DNA of 64,000 bases, taken from Candidatus Bathyarchaeota archaeon. GTDB taxonomy: Archaea; Thermoproteota; Bathyarchaeia; Bathyarchaeales; Bathycorpusculaceae. The number at the start of each line of letters is the position of its first letter. The first letter of the stretch is position 1. Below the pieces are notes generated by a model that was given only the letters and a program-made list of their open reading frames with translations, was not told the DNA's origin and ran no database searches. A program made the translations under genes and the position numbers. Below, piece by piece: positions 22,762 to 32,546 of this stretch. Location: NCBI GenBank assembly GCA_963717465.1, contig OY970340.1, positions 320,001-384,000 on the forward strand. Direction: 5' to 3'.

Positions 22762-23859
22762 TTATGCTCCTCGTTTCGCGTATTTCTCTACGTTGAAGCC
22801 TCTTGTTTTTAGCCACTCTGCTGTTTTTCCAGTAACTACAACTGGAGCCTTTGGCAGGGTGCTAATTTTTTGTGCTCCGACAAGAAACATGGAAGTTCGT
22901 AATTCCTCAATTAATTTTAACAGTTTAGCCTCAGTTTCTTTTAAACTTTTAACCGCAGTTTCAAGTATTGGCTGAGAGATACTTGCTAAGCAAGCGTTAA
23001 GCGCTAGAGCCTTAGCAACATCGATTCCGCTGCGCAGGCCACCTGAAGCAATAATCGGCAACTTTACCGTTTGCGCAGTCTCGACGAGGCTTACCGCAGT
23101 TGGCACTCCCCAATCCCAGAAGGCTTCGGCTAAATCATGCTGTACACTGTCTTGACTATTTGAACGGTAGTATTCAACTGCTGAAAAACTTGTTCCCCCA
23201 ACGCCGCTGACATCTATAGCTTTCACACCTGCAGTCTCAAGCGCTCTTGCAGTTTCAGCGGAAATACCCGCGCCTGTTTCTTTGACGATAACTGGCTTGT
23301 CAAGGTTCCCTGCGATTTCACTTATCTTTGACAGGACACTCTTGAATTCGGTTTGGCCTTCAGGTTGAACAGCTTCCTGCAACGCGTTCAAGTGCACAGC
23401 TAAAGCATCAGCATCGATCATTTCAATTATTTTCTTAACTTCCTTTAAGCCATAGCCGTGAGCAAATTGTACCCCGCCAATGTTGGCAATTAAGAAGGCA
23501 TTAGGCGCTTTTTTACGCGTTATGGAAAAAGTTTTTTTTAAGCTTTTGTCTTCAATTGCGGCTCTTTGGCTTCCAACACCCATGCCTAACCCCAAATGTT
23601 CTACTGCCTCAGCGATTGACGCGTTGATTTGAAGAGCCCGCTCAGTTCCACCTGTCATGGCACCGACGATTATAGGCGCTGACAATTTTTTACCCAAAAA
23701 AGACGTGGATAATTCAATGTCTTTTCGATTAATTTCTGGCAAGGCACGATGAATAAAATGAATATCTTCAAAACCGGTTGTTACTGTTTTAGCTTGGATG
23801 TTTTTTTCCAGAGATATTTTTATATGTTCATCTTTTCGTGTCCTCGTTGCCTGGACCAA
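22762..23859 (-). CDS. fni: Type 2 isopentenyl-diphosphate delta-isomerase
   Basis: RKDEHI, GAMTGG, GVGSQR, HLNALQEAVQPEG, VKETGAG. Confidence 0.96.
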   Translation of the reverse strand: MVQATRTRKDEHIKISLEKNIQAKTVTTGFEDIHFIHRALPEINRKDIELSTSFLGKKLSAPIIVGAMTGGTERALQINASIAEAVEHLGLGMGVGSQRAAIEDKSLKKTFSITRKKAPNAFLIANIGGVQFAHGYGLKEVKKIIEMIDADALAVHLNALQEAVQPEGQTEFKSVLSKISEIAGNLDKPVIVKETGAGISAETARALETAGVKAIDVSGVGGTSFSAVEYYRSNSQDSVQHDLAEAFWDWGVPTAVSLVETAQTVKLPIIASGGLRSGIDVAKALALNACLASISQPILETAVKSLKETEAKLLKLIEELRTSMFLVGAQKISTLPKAPVVVTGKTAEWLKTRGFNVEKYAKRGA

Positions 23860-23861
23860 TT

Positions 23862-24665
23862 TTACGCCTTCTCGATAACAGTGCCTAAAACGCTTTGGTC
23901 AGTTAATGCCCGGAAGATAGATAACGATTTTGTTGCACCTGTAATGGTTACTGGAATACCCTGCTCTACTGCTGGAATCAATTCAGCAATTTTGCCCTGC
24001 ATTCCGCCGGTAACGTCTTTTCCAGCAGCTTTACCCAGCTTGGGCTGAATTTTCTTTAACTCCTCTAAAGTTAAGTGCTTGTATGGTTTAGCGTTCGAGT
24101 TTTCTTTAGGATCTGCATCAAATAAGCCATCAGTATCAGCGCCAATAATAATTTTTGAAGCATTGTACCTAAGAGCCAGATAAGTTACCAGTTGGTCGCC
24201 GCTTAGTATCGTGAAGCCCAACTTGTAATCTAACACTGCGTCGCCGTAAAACACTGGGGTGAAAGTCATTTTCATCATGCTTTTCAAGACGGTTTCATCA
24301 AATGTCTTGACTTTGCCGTTCTCCGTGATGAAACATGATGATGGCGCGATGCTTATTGCTGGAATTTCATGCCAGATAAGAGCGTCCATGACTAAACCGT
24401 TAAGAACAGTCATCACGTGGTGGGTTTCTGCGAAGCCTAGTTTCTGCGTCGGGTCCTCTTTGTAGCCGTCTTTGATACCGTATTTCTGGGCTGTTGGATG
24501 ACCAAAACTTCCGCCGCCGTGCACAATTATCAAGTTATCTAGGTCTGCTCTTTTTATTTCTTCAGCTAAACGATTTATTATTTCGGTTTTAGCGGCTAAT
24601 TCTCCGCTTTTATCGGTGATTGCGGAGCCGCCGATTTTCAAGATTATTGGTTTTGCTTGGTTCAT
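23862..24665 (-). CDS. Isopentenyl phosphate kinase
   Basis: LKIGGSAITDK, VHGGGSFGH, SGDQL, DVTGGMQGK; within MVA cluster. Confidence 0.93.
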   Translation of the reverse strand: MNQAKPIILKIGGSAITDKSGELAAKTEIINRLAEEIKRADLDNLIIVHGGGSFGHPTAQKYGIKDGYKEDPTQKLGFAETHHVMTVLNGLVMDALIWHEIPAISIAPSSCFITENGKVKTFDETVLKSMMKMTFTPVFYGDAVLDYKLGFTILSGDQLVTYLALRYNASKIIIGADTDGLFDADPKENSNAKPYKHLTLEELKKIQPKLGKAAGKDVTGGMQGKIAELIPAVEQGIPVTITGATKSLSIFRALTDQSVLGTVIEKA

Positions 24666-24706
24666 CCAGTATCACCCTACATTTACAATGTTCTGCTAGA
24701 TTAATT

Positions 24707-25093
24707 TTACAGTAGTGAGACTACTTCATTCTCAACTTTTACCCTATTGCCAGTCTTAATCTTGCTGGTTTCTATCTTATCGACACATGGAATTTCACTT
24801 ATTATTGCGCCAACAGCCACCACGGTTTCACATTCCTTGTTAATTATCGCAGCTGGAGCAGTTTTATTCTTTTTCATCCTATAAAGCGTATAGGAGCCGA
24901 CTGTGCTGCCTTTGCCGGTGGGAAACACCAATATTTTATCCTTAACGCTTATTCCTTGAAGTTCATGCCCCTTCTCAATCACAACACCTGAATTGGGATC
25001 TACGCCGCCGTAGAAGGATATGGGCATAGAAGTAACCAGTGCTTCGCCTTCGCTTTTTCCTTTTGAAATTAATCTTCCCTTTAACTGCTCCAT
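24707..25093 (-). CDS. Phosphomevalonate dehydratase small subunit (aconitase X swivel, DUF126)
   Basis: ISFYGGVDP, GKGSTVGSY. Confidence 0.9.
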   Translation of the reverse strand: MEQLKGRLISKGKSEGEALVTSMPISFYGGVDPNSGVVIEKGHELQGISVKDKILVFPTGKGSTVGSYTLYRMKKNKTAPAAIINKECETVVAVGAIISEIPCVDKIETSKIKTGNRVKVENEVVSLL

Positions 25094-26280
25094 TTTCCAG
25101 TCACCGCTGATTGGACGCATTCCTCCATGCTGCCCATTTTTGTTTTCATAGCGTTCTGCCGTGAGTAAAAGCAGCCTTTAGCCGAAGTAGTTGCTAACGA
25201 TTTGAACCTGCCTTTCAGTGGAGCCACAGCCATGCAGGTATCACAAGCAAATTTTCCTCCTGCCGCTTCAATTACTTTTGTGTAACCGCGTTTATCAGCA
25301 AGCTGCTTGGCGGTTCTTGAAGTAGCAACCCAAAACTCTGTGCCCCTGGCAACTTTCTTGCCTGCTAACAAATCGGCGATCTGCTCAATTTCTTTTATTG
25401 AACAATGAGGGCACCCGACACAGACCAACTCAATTTCAGACACTTCATCATTGATATTGGCATAAGCATCTTTAATGTCAGAAGATTCCACTAGGACTTT
25501 TTCTTTTGGTTCAGATTGTAATTCAGCTGCAGGCGTTATGCCTTTAATGTAGAAAAGCGGTTTAGCACCATAAGTCACAACTGAAGCACAAAAAGACTTA
25601 AGCTCATCAAGTTCCGCAGACTTTATGCCAGTTATATAGGGAATCTTGTTCTCAGCTTTTTTCCCAATAGCATATCCCAGTGCACCCCAGTCAGATAACT
25701 TTGTTAATTCTGTTTTGACTTGCACATGAACGTCGGGAACTCGGTTCTCGTCTAAGTGCAGACCGTAACAGGGCGTTTTGCCGACAAATGCGGCTGCCAA
25801 CGCGGATGGACCGCCTTCACGGTTAGTTTTTGCGCCCAGAACTGAGTTTGCGAAGGTTACTGCGCTGCTTTCTGACCATGCAACATGTTCACCGTAAAGT
25901 GGCAGGTTGCCGATTAGGTATGGTGTGCATGTGCAGCTGATTAGTATGCCCATTTTTTGGAAGGCTTCGATTACAAGGTTTTGTTTTTCAGCGAACTCGG
26001 GGCTTATGCCTAATTCACGCCAGTTCTCTAAATCCATGCCTGCTGGGTTTAGGGTTGTTAATACTTTGACTTTGCCGTCAGCAGCTAACTCGTTTAAAAA
26101 TTCTAATCCTGCGTCGCCAAGGTTGTGGTAGGAGACGCCGGCAACTTGTACACTGCCAACTTTGATTAGGCTTTCAGCACCGTAAATGTCGCCTAATGCA
26201 ACTAGAATTTCCATGCTTTTACGTACTGCATAGCCTTGTTTGCCTTTGAGCATTTCTTGTTCTTGCTTAGTTAGGTGCAT
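25081..26280 (-). CDS. Phosphomevalonate dehydratase large subunit (aconitase X)
   Basis: SCTCTPY, AWSESSAV, NREGGPSALAAA, GCPHCS, DTCM; within MVA cluster. Confidence 0.92.
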   Translation of the reverse strand: MHLTKQEQEMLKGKQGYAVRKSMEILVALGDIYGAESLIKVGSVQVAGVSYHNLGDAGLEFLNELAADGKVKVLTTLNPAGMDLENWRELGISPEFAEKQNLVIEAFQKMGILISCTCTPYLIGNLPLYGEHVAWSESSAVTFANSVLGAKTNREGGPSALAAAFVGKTPCYGLHLDENRVPDVHVQVKTELTKLSDWGALGYAIGKKAENKIPYITGIKSAELDELKSFCASVVTYGAKPLFYIKGITPAAELQSEPKEKVLVESSDIKDAYANINDEVSEIELVCVGCPHCSIKEIEQIADLLAGKKVARGTEFWVATSRTAKQLADKRGYTKVIEAAGGKFACDTCMAVAPLKGRFKSLATTSAKGCFYSRQNAMKTKMGSMEECVQSAVTGKWSS

Positions 26281-26287
26281 AATGTGG

Positions 26288-27598
26288 TCACAGGTACTTG
26301 TTTAAGTCAACTTTTCGGTACGTTTCCTTGCCGAACCCCTTTTCTGTTTTCCCGAATGGAACTGTAGCGTCTAAACCTGCTTTGGCAGTGGTGGCTTTTT
26401 TGCCCTCTGTTAAATCTCCTGACGGGTCAAGCGAGGATCCACCCTGGTTAGAAAGGATAACAGAATTTTTGTCCGCTTGGAACCTTGTGGCAATTGCCCA
26501 TTCAACGTCGTGAGGGTCATAAATGTTTATATCTTCATCCACTACCACGCAGTGTTTCAGGGACTTGTGGCCTTCAAAAGCTGCAGCAATCGCTTTTTTG
26601 CCGTCATCAGCATTCTGCTTCTTTATTTGCACTACAGCATGTAGCCAACTGCATCCGCCAGGCGTGATGTAGACGTCTTTGCATTGGCAGACCTTGTTAA
26701 CCTCGTTGAATATGGTTGGTTCCTTAGGCATACCCATAAGAAACTTATGTTCGTTTCTTCCCGCCAAAATAGTTTGGTAAATCGGGTTCTTGCGGTGGGT
26801 CATGCATTTGATTTCTATGATTGGCTGTTGTCTAACACGGTCTTCGATGCCTGTGAGGTCTAAAAAGGGTCCTTCAGAAACTTTTTCTTTGGTTATTCTT
26901 CCTTCCAGAATAATTTCTGAATCTTTTGGAACTTCAAGATCGATTTTTTTGCATTTTACTAGGTCGGTTTTTTCTAGCGCGTTTGCCATGCCAAGCTCAT
27001 CAACACCATTAGGCAAGGTGGTAGCGGCTGCGAGAAGAATAGCGGTTGAGTTGCCAATGCAAATGGCAATGTCGAGTTCTCCTCCGGCCTTTTTGAGTGC
27101 GCTGTCTGTTCCGCGGTTTTCCACTATGCGTGCCACAAAATGATTCTTATCCAGGAGCATTAAGCGGTGGAAGCACATGTTTCGGCTTTTGAACTCAGGA
27201 TCCTTTATGATGGAGACGGCTGAGGCAATGTATTTTCCCCCATCCTTCTCCGTATACTTCATTATCGGGAGCTTGGTTAAATCAACATTTGACTCGACTA
27301 CTTCTTGGCACTCGCCAGTCTTCTCCACTTGCGGCGGCTTCGGATGCTCAATCGCGCTCGATAACTTGGGCAGCAACAGGTCCTTTTTTGCGCCTAAGGC
27401 TTGAGCTATCAATTCTTTAGAAGATATGAGCCCCGCAACGACGGGAATGTTGGATTCCTTGATTTTTTCGAAAAACACGGGTTTCTCGCCTAACGCCTCA
27501 ACGATACCCGCCAATTCGAACTCTGCTGAAACTGGTTTACGTATCCTTGTTAATTCGCCCTTCTTGTCCAGTGCATTAATAAAGCTTCTAAAACCCAT
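26288..27598 (-). CDS. UbiD-family decarboxylase, probably anhydromevalonate phosphate decarboxylase
   Basis: EGPFLDLTG, GGCSWLHAVVQI, VVVDEDINI, EWAIATRFQ, SSLDPS; sits between mvk and aconitase X. Confidence 0.9.
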   Translation of the reverse strand: MGFRSFINALDKKGELTRIRKPVSAEFELAGIVEALGEKPVFFEKIKESNIPVVAGLISSKELIAQALGAKKDLLLPKLSSAIEHPKPPQVEKTGECQEVVESNVDLTKLPIMKYTEKDGGKYIASAVSIIKDPEFKSRNMCFHRLMLLDKNHFVARIVENRGTDSALKKAGGELDIAICIGNSTAILLAAATTLPNGVDELGMANALEKTDLVKCKKIDLEVPKDSEIILEGRITKEKVSEGPFLDLTGIEDRVRQQPIIEIKCMTHRKNPIYQTILAGRNEHKFLMGMPKEPTIFNEVNKVCQCKDVYITPGGCSWLHAVVQIKKQNADDGKKAIAAAFEGHKSLKHCVVVDEDINIYDPHDVEWAIATRFQADKNSVILSNQGGSSLDPSGDLTEGKKATTAKAGLDATVPFGKTEKGFGKETYRKVDLNKYL

Positions 27599-27639
27599 AA
27601 GCGAACTCAACCTACATGGCTTAATCATTTTCTAAACGT

Positions 27640-28584
27640 TTATAGTTTTTCGACGCCGATCTTTGTCCGCAGCACTTCAAAGCCTAACTTCTGAATGGCG
27701 CTTGCAACTTTATCCTGCAAATCTTTCCCAGGAGTCAGGGCAGTCATGCATCCACCGCCCCCTCCGCCTGTAAGTTTAGCTCCAAGGGCGCCTTCTTTAC
27801 GGGCAACATCCACCAGCAAGTCAAGTTCTTTGCTTGAAACCTCAATCTCTTGCAGTAACCGATGATTCTCATTCATGATTGCGCCGACTTTTTTTAAGTC
27901 GTATTCTTCTAAAGCTTTCCGTCCAGCGTACGCTAACTCTTCAGCTCGCTTGAAGAGGGGGTTGTATCTTTGCGGGTTATTCTTTTTGCGTTCGGCGACA
28001 CCTTCAACCATGACTTTAGTGTTCGCCACTTTACCTGTGCTACCGATGATGATTTCGATAGGTTCACGAATACCAAGATGCTCAACGTCATCTGGTCCAC
28101 CAGCCGTGTTCTTCATAAACCAGAGTAAGCCGCCGTATGTTGCCGCAGTGTTATCTATGCCTGAAGGGTTTCCAGCATAGGCTTTCTCGGCTTCATAAGC
28201 AATTTGATTAATTTCATCATCTGAGACCTTCATGTCTAACTCTTGGGCGATAGCTCTTGCGATAGCCACGCTACTTGCTGCTGAAGCACCAAGCCCACTA
28301 AAGCCTGGAAGACTACCTCCAATCCAAATACTTAAAGAAATTTTTGGGTCAAACCCCATAGATTTAAGCATACGCTGTATGGATTCAATTTGTTGAAGAC
28401 GCTTTTCTTCAGCATAACCTTTGCTGGCTAACCGTTCATCCTTAATTTTTAAGCCCCCACTTGAAGCCTTAGTGACAATAGCGTCTGTTGTTGAGTCAAT
28501 AGCTGAAACAACGCCTGGAACACCATGAACCACAAAATGTTCCCCGAACAAAATTACTTTTCCATACCCTGAACCTTTACCCAT
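27640..28584 (-). CDS. mvk: Mevalonate kinase
   Basis: GKVILFGEHFVVHG, GLGASAA, PSGIDN, GAKLTGGGGGG. Confidence 0.95.
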   Translation of the reverse strand: MGKGSGYGKVILFGEHFVVHGVPGVVSAIDSTTDAIVTKASSGGLKIKDERLASKGYAEEKRLQQIESIQRMLKSMGFDPKISLSIWIGGSLPGFSGLGASAASSVAIARAIAQELDMKVSDDEINQIAYEAEKAYAGNPSGIDNTAATYGGLLWFMKNTAGGPDDVEHLGIREPIEIIIGSTGKVANTKVMVEGVAERKKNNPQRYNPLFKRAEELAYAGRKALEEYDLKKVGAIMNENHRLLQEIEVSSKELDLLVDVARKEGALGAKLTGGGGGGCMTALTPGKDLQDKVASAIQKLGFEVLRTKIGVEKL

Positions 28585-28913
28585 GCAGTTTATCCCTAAA
28601 GGGCATTGTATTGGCTCTTTGAGATAAAAGTTTTCGCAAATTTCGCCCTTTTCTCACATTTTCTCGCCAGTTTTGACAAAGCAGTCAGTACCAATGCGCT
28701 TAGTTGGTTGTTAAGCAATATAGATAATGAAGTCAAAGAAAAAGATAGAATTGAACAGATTAAGCAATAATTACTAAGTGATGAAGCTATTGGCGATGCA
28801 TTTGTTTATAATATTACTTTAGTTCAGTCATCAGACAGGCTCAAACAAATCCTACTTCATCGCACAAAATAAAGACAAACAAAAAAAGAAATAAGAAGAA
28901 ATAATTAAAAGTC

Positions 28914-29528
28914 TTATAACGTGCTAACTGAATGTAGAAGTGAAGACTGACTAATGTTTTTTCCTTGTCTAGGCGAGAACGACCGAGTCTCAGGCGGTAG
29001 AATCAGCGATTCTATTCTTTTAAACGAGAACGGTTTGAGAACGAATCCTGTCTTACCTAAGACGGCAATGAAATTCTGAAAACGCAGAGGAGCATGATAT
29101 CGTATTCGTTCTTCTGTCACCTTTTTGAAGAATGCTATGTAGTCTTCATAACTTTTGTGAACAGAGATCATGATGAAGTCTGAATCTAAACCTTGTCCTT
29201 CCAACTCGCAAAGTACTTCGGGTTGTTCATTTAGCCATTTCCGAATATTTGATAATTCTTCTGATGACAGCAAGTAATTAGCTATTGAGCTAAAAGAGAA
29301 TGCGATAATTTGGATTCCAATTTTAGCTAAGTTAGGAATCGCTGTGTATTCGCTTATGTAACCTTCCTTTTCCAACTCTTGCCTTCTCCGAGTTGTTGTT
29401 GTTTGAGACATACCCAAAATCTTGGATAGTTCCTTGTCGCTTGTTCTTGACTCATTAATCAAAGCGAACAAAAGCTTTATTTTTTCTTTATTTTTCCTTA
29501 CCTCGTACTTGGCGCGTGTTTCTTGCAT
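28914..29528 (-). CDS. Lrp/AsnC-family transcriptional regulator
   Basis: SRTSDKELSKILGMSQTTTTRRRQELEKEGYISEYTAIPNLAKIG. Confidence 0.85.
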   Translation of the reverse strand: MQETRAKYEVRKNKEKIKLLFALINESRTSDKELSKILGMSQTTTTRRRQELEKEGYISEYTAIPNLAKIGIQIIAFSFSSIANYLLSSEELSNIRKWLNEQPEVLCELEGQGLDSDFIMISVHKSYEDYIAFFKKVTEERIRYHAPLRFQNFIAVLGKTGFVLKPFSFKRIESLILPPETRSFSPRQGKNISQSSLLHSVSTL

Positions 29529-29794
29529 TTAGAATACCCCAGTTTAGGGTTATTTCTTCTTAGTTTTAAGTTTTGCTTGAAGACACCAAGAACAGCATTG
29601 CGTCTGGCGTCTTCTATTCCAGCAATAAAGGGTATGCGACTTATTCATTTCACAAAGCGCTGTTCATCTGGTGACAAGAGTAATATGTAATTACCCCAGA
29701 GTAAGAAACAGCGCTTAAAATAGCGCGTCCTATAAGGGTAGCGTGCTCTCTTTGACTACCCGACATGGGATTTAAAATGGAGGTACTATAGAAG

Positions 29795-30571
29795 ATGGGA
29801 ACATTAGATAACAAGGTTGCTCTAATCACCGGAGCAGCCAGAGGGCTCGGGCGAGCAATGGCCCAGAAATTCGCCAAGGAAGGAGCCCGAGTCGTTGTCG
29901 TCGATATTAGCCGAGATGGCGGTGAGGAAACCGTCAAGCTTATCAAAGATGCTGGAGGCGACGCAATATTTGCGACAGCCGACGTATCGAATATGTCAGA
30001 GGTACAAGCCATGGTGCGCACAGCAGTTGACACATTCGGTGGTCTTGATTGTGCTGTAAACAATGCAGTAATTGACGTAGGTCCGCATCCCGTCGCGGAG
30101 ATACCTGAAGAGGACTGGAACAGATCTATGGCGGTAAATCTTACTGGCGTGTTCCTTTGCATGAAATACGAGATATCTGCGATGCTCAAGCGGGGAGGTG
30201 GGTCGATCGTTAATGTGGGTTCCGGCCCAGGTAACCTCGGTGCTCCTGGGGTAGGCTGGTACCTCGCTGCTAAAAACGGCGTAATTGGACTCACAAAGAC
30301 CGCCGCCCTCGAATATGGTCCGCGTGGGATCAGAATAAACATGCTAGGTCCAGGGACAATGTGGACTCCAGCGCTACGGGAAGTGGCAAAAAAGAGCCCG
30401 CAACACTTCGAGGTCATGAAGAATATGGTCCCTGTCGGGCGCCTTGCGGAACCCGAGGAAGTGGCTGAAGCGGCTGTGTGGTTATGTACACCCGCAGCAT
30501 CATATGTTATCGGACACACGCTCGTCGTTGATGGGGGAGCAACTGCTGGAATAATGGGGTATAAGCATTGA
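29795..30571 (+). CDS. SDR-family oxidoreductase
   Basis: ITGAARGLG, NNA, YLAAK (YxxxK); visibly more GC-rich than its flanks. Confidence 0.93.
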   Translation: MGTLDNKVALITGAARGLGRAMAQKFAKEGARVVVVDISRDGGEETVKLIKDAGGDAIFATADVSNMSEVQAMVRTAVDTFGGLDCAVNNAVIDVGPHPVAEIPEEDWNRSMAVNLTGVFLCMKYEISAMLKRGGGSIVNVGSGPGNLGAPGVGWYLAAKNGVIGLTKTAALEYGPRGIRINMLGPGTMWTPALREVAKKSPQHFEVMKNMVPVGRLAEPEEVAEAAVWLCTPAASYVIGHTLVVDGGATAGIMGYKH

Positions 30572-30631
30572 CAGTTGTCTTTTTTCTGTTATATCTAAAC
30601 GGCTTAGCACTGTGCTAACTGGTGATTCGTA

Positions 30632-31054
30632 ATGTCAGAATTCAAAAAAATGAAGGCGAGTGCGCTTCGCGGCGTTGAGGCGTTCAACAATGGATATGAT
30701 GCTTGGTCTGCCAACGCTGACAAATCGTACGATCCTGACTGCGTTTATCACTCAGGTCTATTTGAAGCACATGGTATGGAGGATATCAAACAAATGACTG
30801 CTGCATACATGAAGGCGTTTCCAGACATTCATCTCAAAGTGGAGGAGTGTGTCGCTGAAGGAAACGCGGTAGTGCTACGTTACACGGTTACCGGCACTTT
30901 CAAAGGTGAATTTATGGGTATGCCACCTACCAATGAGAAGATAACATATCCGATGATGGAGGTCGGCCACTATGTTAAAGGCAAGGTCATAGAAGGTTGG
31001 GGAGTGGTCGACATGACCTTATTGTTGCAGATTGGCGCGAAGTTGGAAAAATGA
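30632..31054 (+). CDS. SnoaL-like ester cyclase family protein
   Basis: AFPDIHLKVE..AEGNAV..GTFKGEFMGMPPT. Confidence 0.88.
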   Translation: MSEFKKMKASALRGVEAFNNGYDAWSANADKSYDPDCVYHSGLFEAHGMEDIKQMTAAYMKAFPDIHLKVEECVAEGNAVVLRYTVTGTFKGEFMGMPPTNEKITYPMMEVGHYVKGKVIEGWGVVDMTLLLQIGAKLEK

Positions 31055-31095
31055 TAATTTCGATTAGTTCATTCTTGCCCTATTTTTTTTAGTGA

Positions 31096-31182
31096 CTTTC
31101 GATGTTCCCTTTGCTGGATTAAAGTGATTGCGCCTGATGCCCTTGCTAAATCTCGGTAGCTATGCTTGTAAAAAACTTTTGA
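31096..31182 (-). repeat. Fragment of the integrase-like gene
   Basis: Roughly 90% identical by eye to 18708-18793 (CTTTCGATGTTCCCT..CGGTAGCTATGCTTGTAAAA). Confidence 0.85.
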
Positions 31183-31539
31183 TCCGAAAACCCTAACATT
31201 TTTAGGTGAATCCTAGCATGAGCTATTCAAAGTCCATCATAAAAGTTCGAATTTTTGGTAAATTTAGATAAAAATGTTCGTTTACTCTTGGTTCTCAAGA
31301 GCTTTGTTGAATTGTTTTATCTGTATATTATTTGCTAGGCAAATAAGGTTAATTCCAGCTGGTTCGTGTGATAAACATTCAAATTAAAAGAGAAACAAAG
31401 CAAGTTTCCCATCAGTTAGTATCAAGGAATTCTGTGTTATTTAGAGTCTGCACAAAATTTCTTATATCAATTCAAGACGTAATCAATTCATCGTGAATGC
31501 CAGGACTGGAATAGAGCTTAACCGTTCAAGGTATTCAAA

Positions 31540-32193
31540 ATGAGTGAAGAAGAATTAAATGCTCTAATTCAGGAAAAAGAAAAAGAACTGTTCTCTCTTA
31601 TTTCACAAATGGAAATTCTCCGCCTTGAATTCGCTAACGAGACAACTGATTTTGCAACAGATTGGTATCAGAAAAATGTCAAGATTTACATTATGAAATT
31701 CTCTGAAATTACGTTAAAAATGAAAGAAGAAAAAATTCATGAAATGAAAACCAAAGTCAACGAACTTGTAAGAGACGCTGATAAAATAGTGAGTGAAGAG
31801 CTTTCCAATCCTGAATTGTGGTGGCATCAAAGACCCAACTTGGAGGAATCAGCTTACTTGTACACTCAGGTTTCTGATAAATACCCTGAAATTCTTGATC
31901 GGGCAGTTAGACATATTCTGGGTCGTTTAGGGGTTATTCTGGAAGAGTTCGGTTATAACGTAACAACTCAAGCTAACTCCGGGGCGTATCCTGAATGCTG
32001 GTTTGATAAGCTACCAAATGGGCCTAAAGTACCGTACTTTCCGCATATGCTTACGTGGTCAAAAGATATGCAGTACACGATTGTAAAATACAACACGCTA
32101 TTCACAGCGGCACTCCAGCTTATGAAACAAACACAGGAACTAAGAGATCAAAAGAAAGAATTGCAGGCTAGCGCACGATGGGACACCATATAA
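31540..32193 (+). CDS. Hypothetical helical protein
   Basis: 217-aa ORF, no recognised motif. Confidence 0.65.
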   Translation: MSEEELNALIQEKEKELFSLISQMEILRLEFANETTDFATDWYQKNVKIYIMKFSEITLKMKEEKIHEMKTKVNELVRDADKIVSEELSNPELWWHQRPNLEESAYLYTQVSDKYPEILDRAVRHILGRLGVILEEFGYNVTTQANSGAYPECWFDKLPNGPKVPYFPHMLTWSKDMQYTIVKYNTLFTAALQLMKQTQELRDQKKELQASARWDTI

Positions 32194-32272
32194 AGAAAAT
32201 TCGTCAATCAGGTATTCGATAGCGAGTTTCAGCAGAAAATATTTTAGAATCACGTTTGATTTTACATAAGGT

Positions 32273-32545
32273 ATGCTGAATATTGTTAATTTCCTAATCG
32301 GATTCGTGGTTGTTCTTGGTTGTTTATTCCTAATTGGGATAACTCGTGGACGGAGGATTTCACAAAAAACATGGGTATTTCTCTGGACAATCGTTTCATT
32401 GTTGTTTGCCATTTTTCTAATCACATCTGCCATCATCGGCGATGAAACGTTGTTGAGCTACAGTTTAGGCGGTTCAATAGGATACGTGACTGCGGTTTCA
32501 ATCCATACAATTGAACACGCGATAAAAGAAACTAAAAAAGGCTAA
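32273..32545 (+). CDS. Small membrane protein
   Basis: Three hydrophobic segments. Confidence 0.55.
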   Translation: MLNIVNFLIGFVVVLGCLFLIGITRGRRISQKTWVFLWTIVSLLFAIFLITSAIIGDETLLSYSLGGSIGYVTAVSIHTIEHAIKETKKG

Positions 32546-32546
32546 C

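Noticed and set aside
29650..30519. 289-aa antisense ORF and similar shadow ORFs elsewhere
   Set aside because: They lie opposite well-supported genes such as the SDR and have no independent motifs
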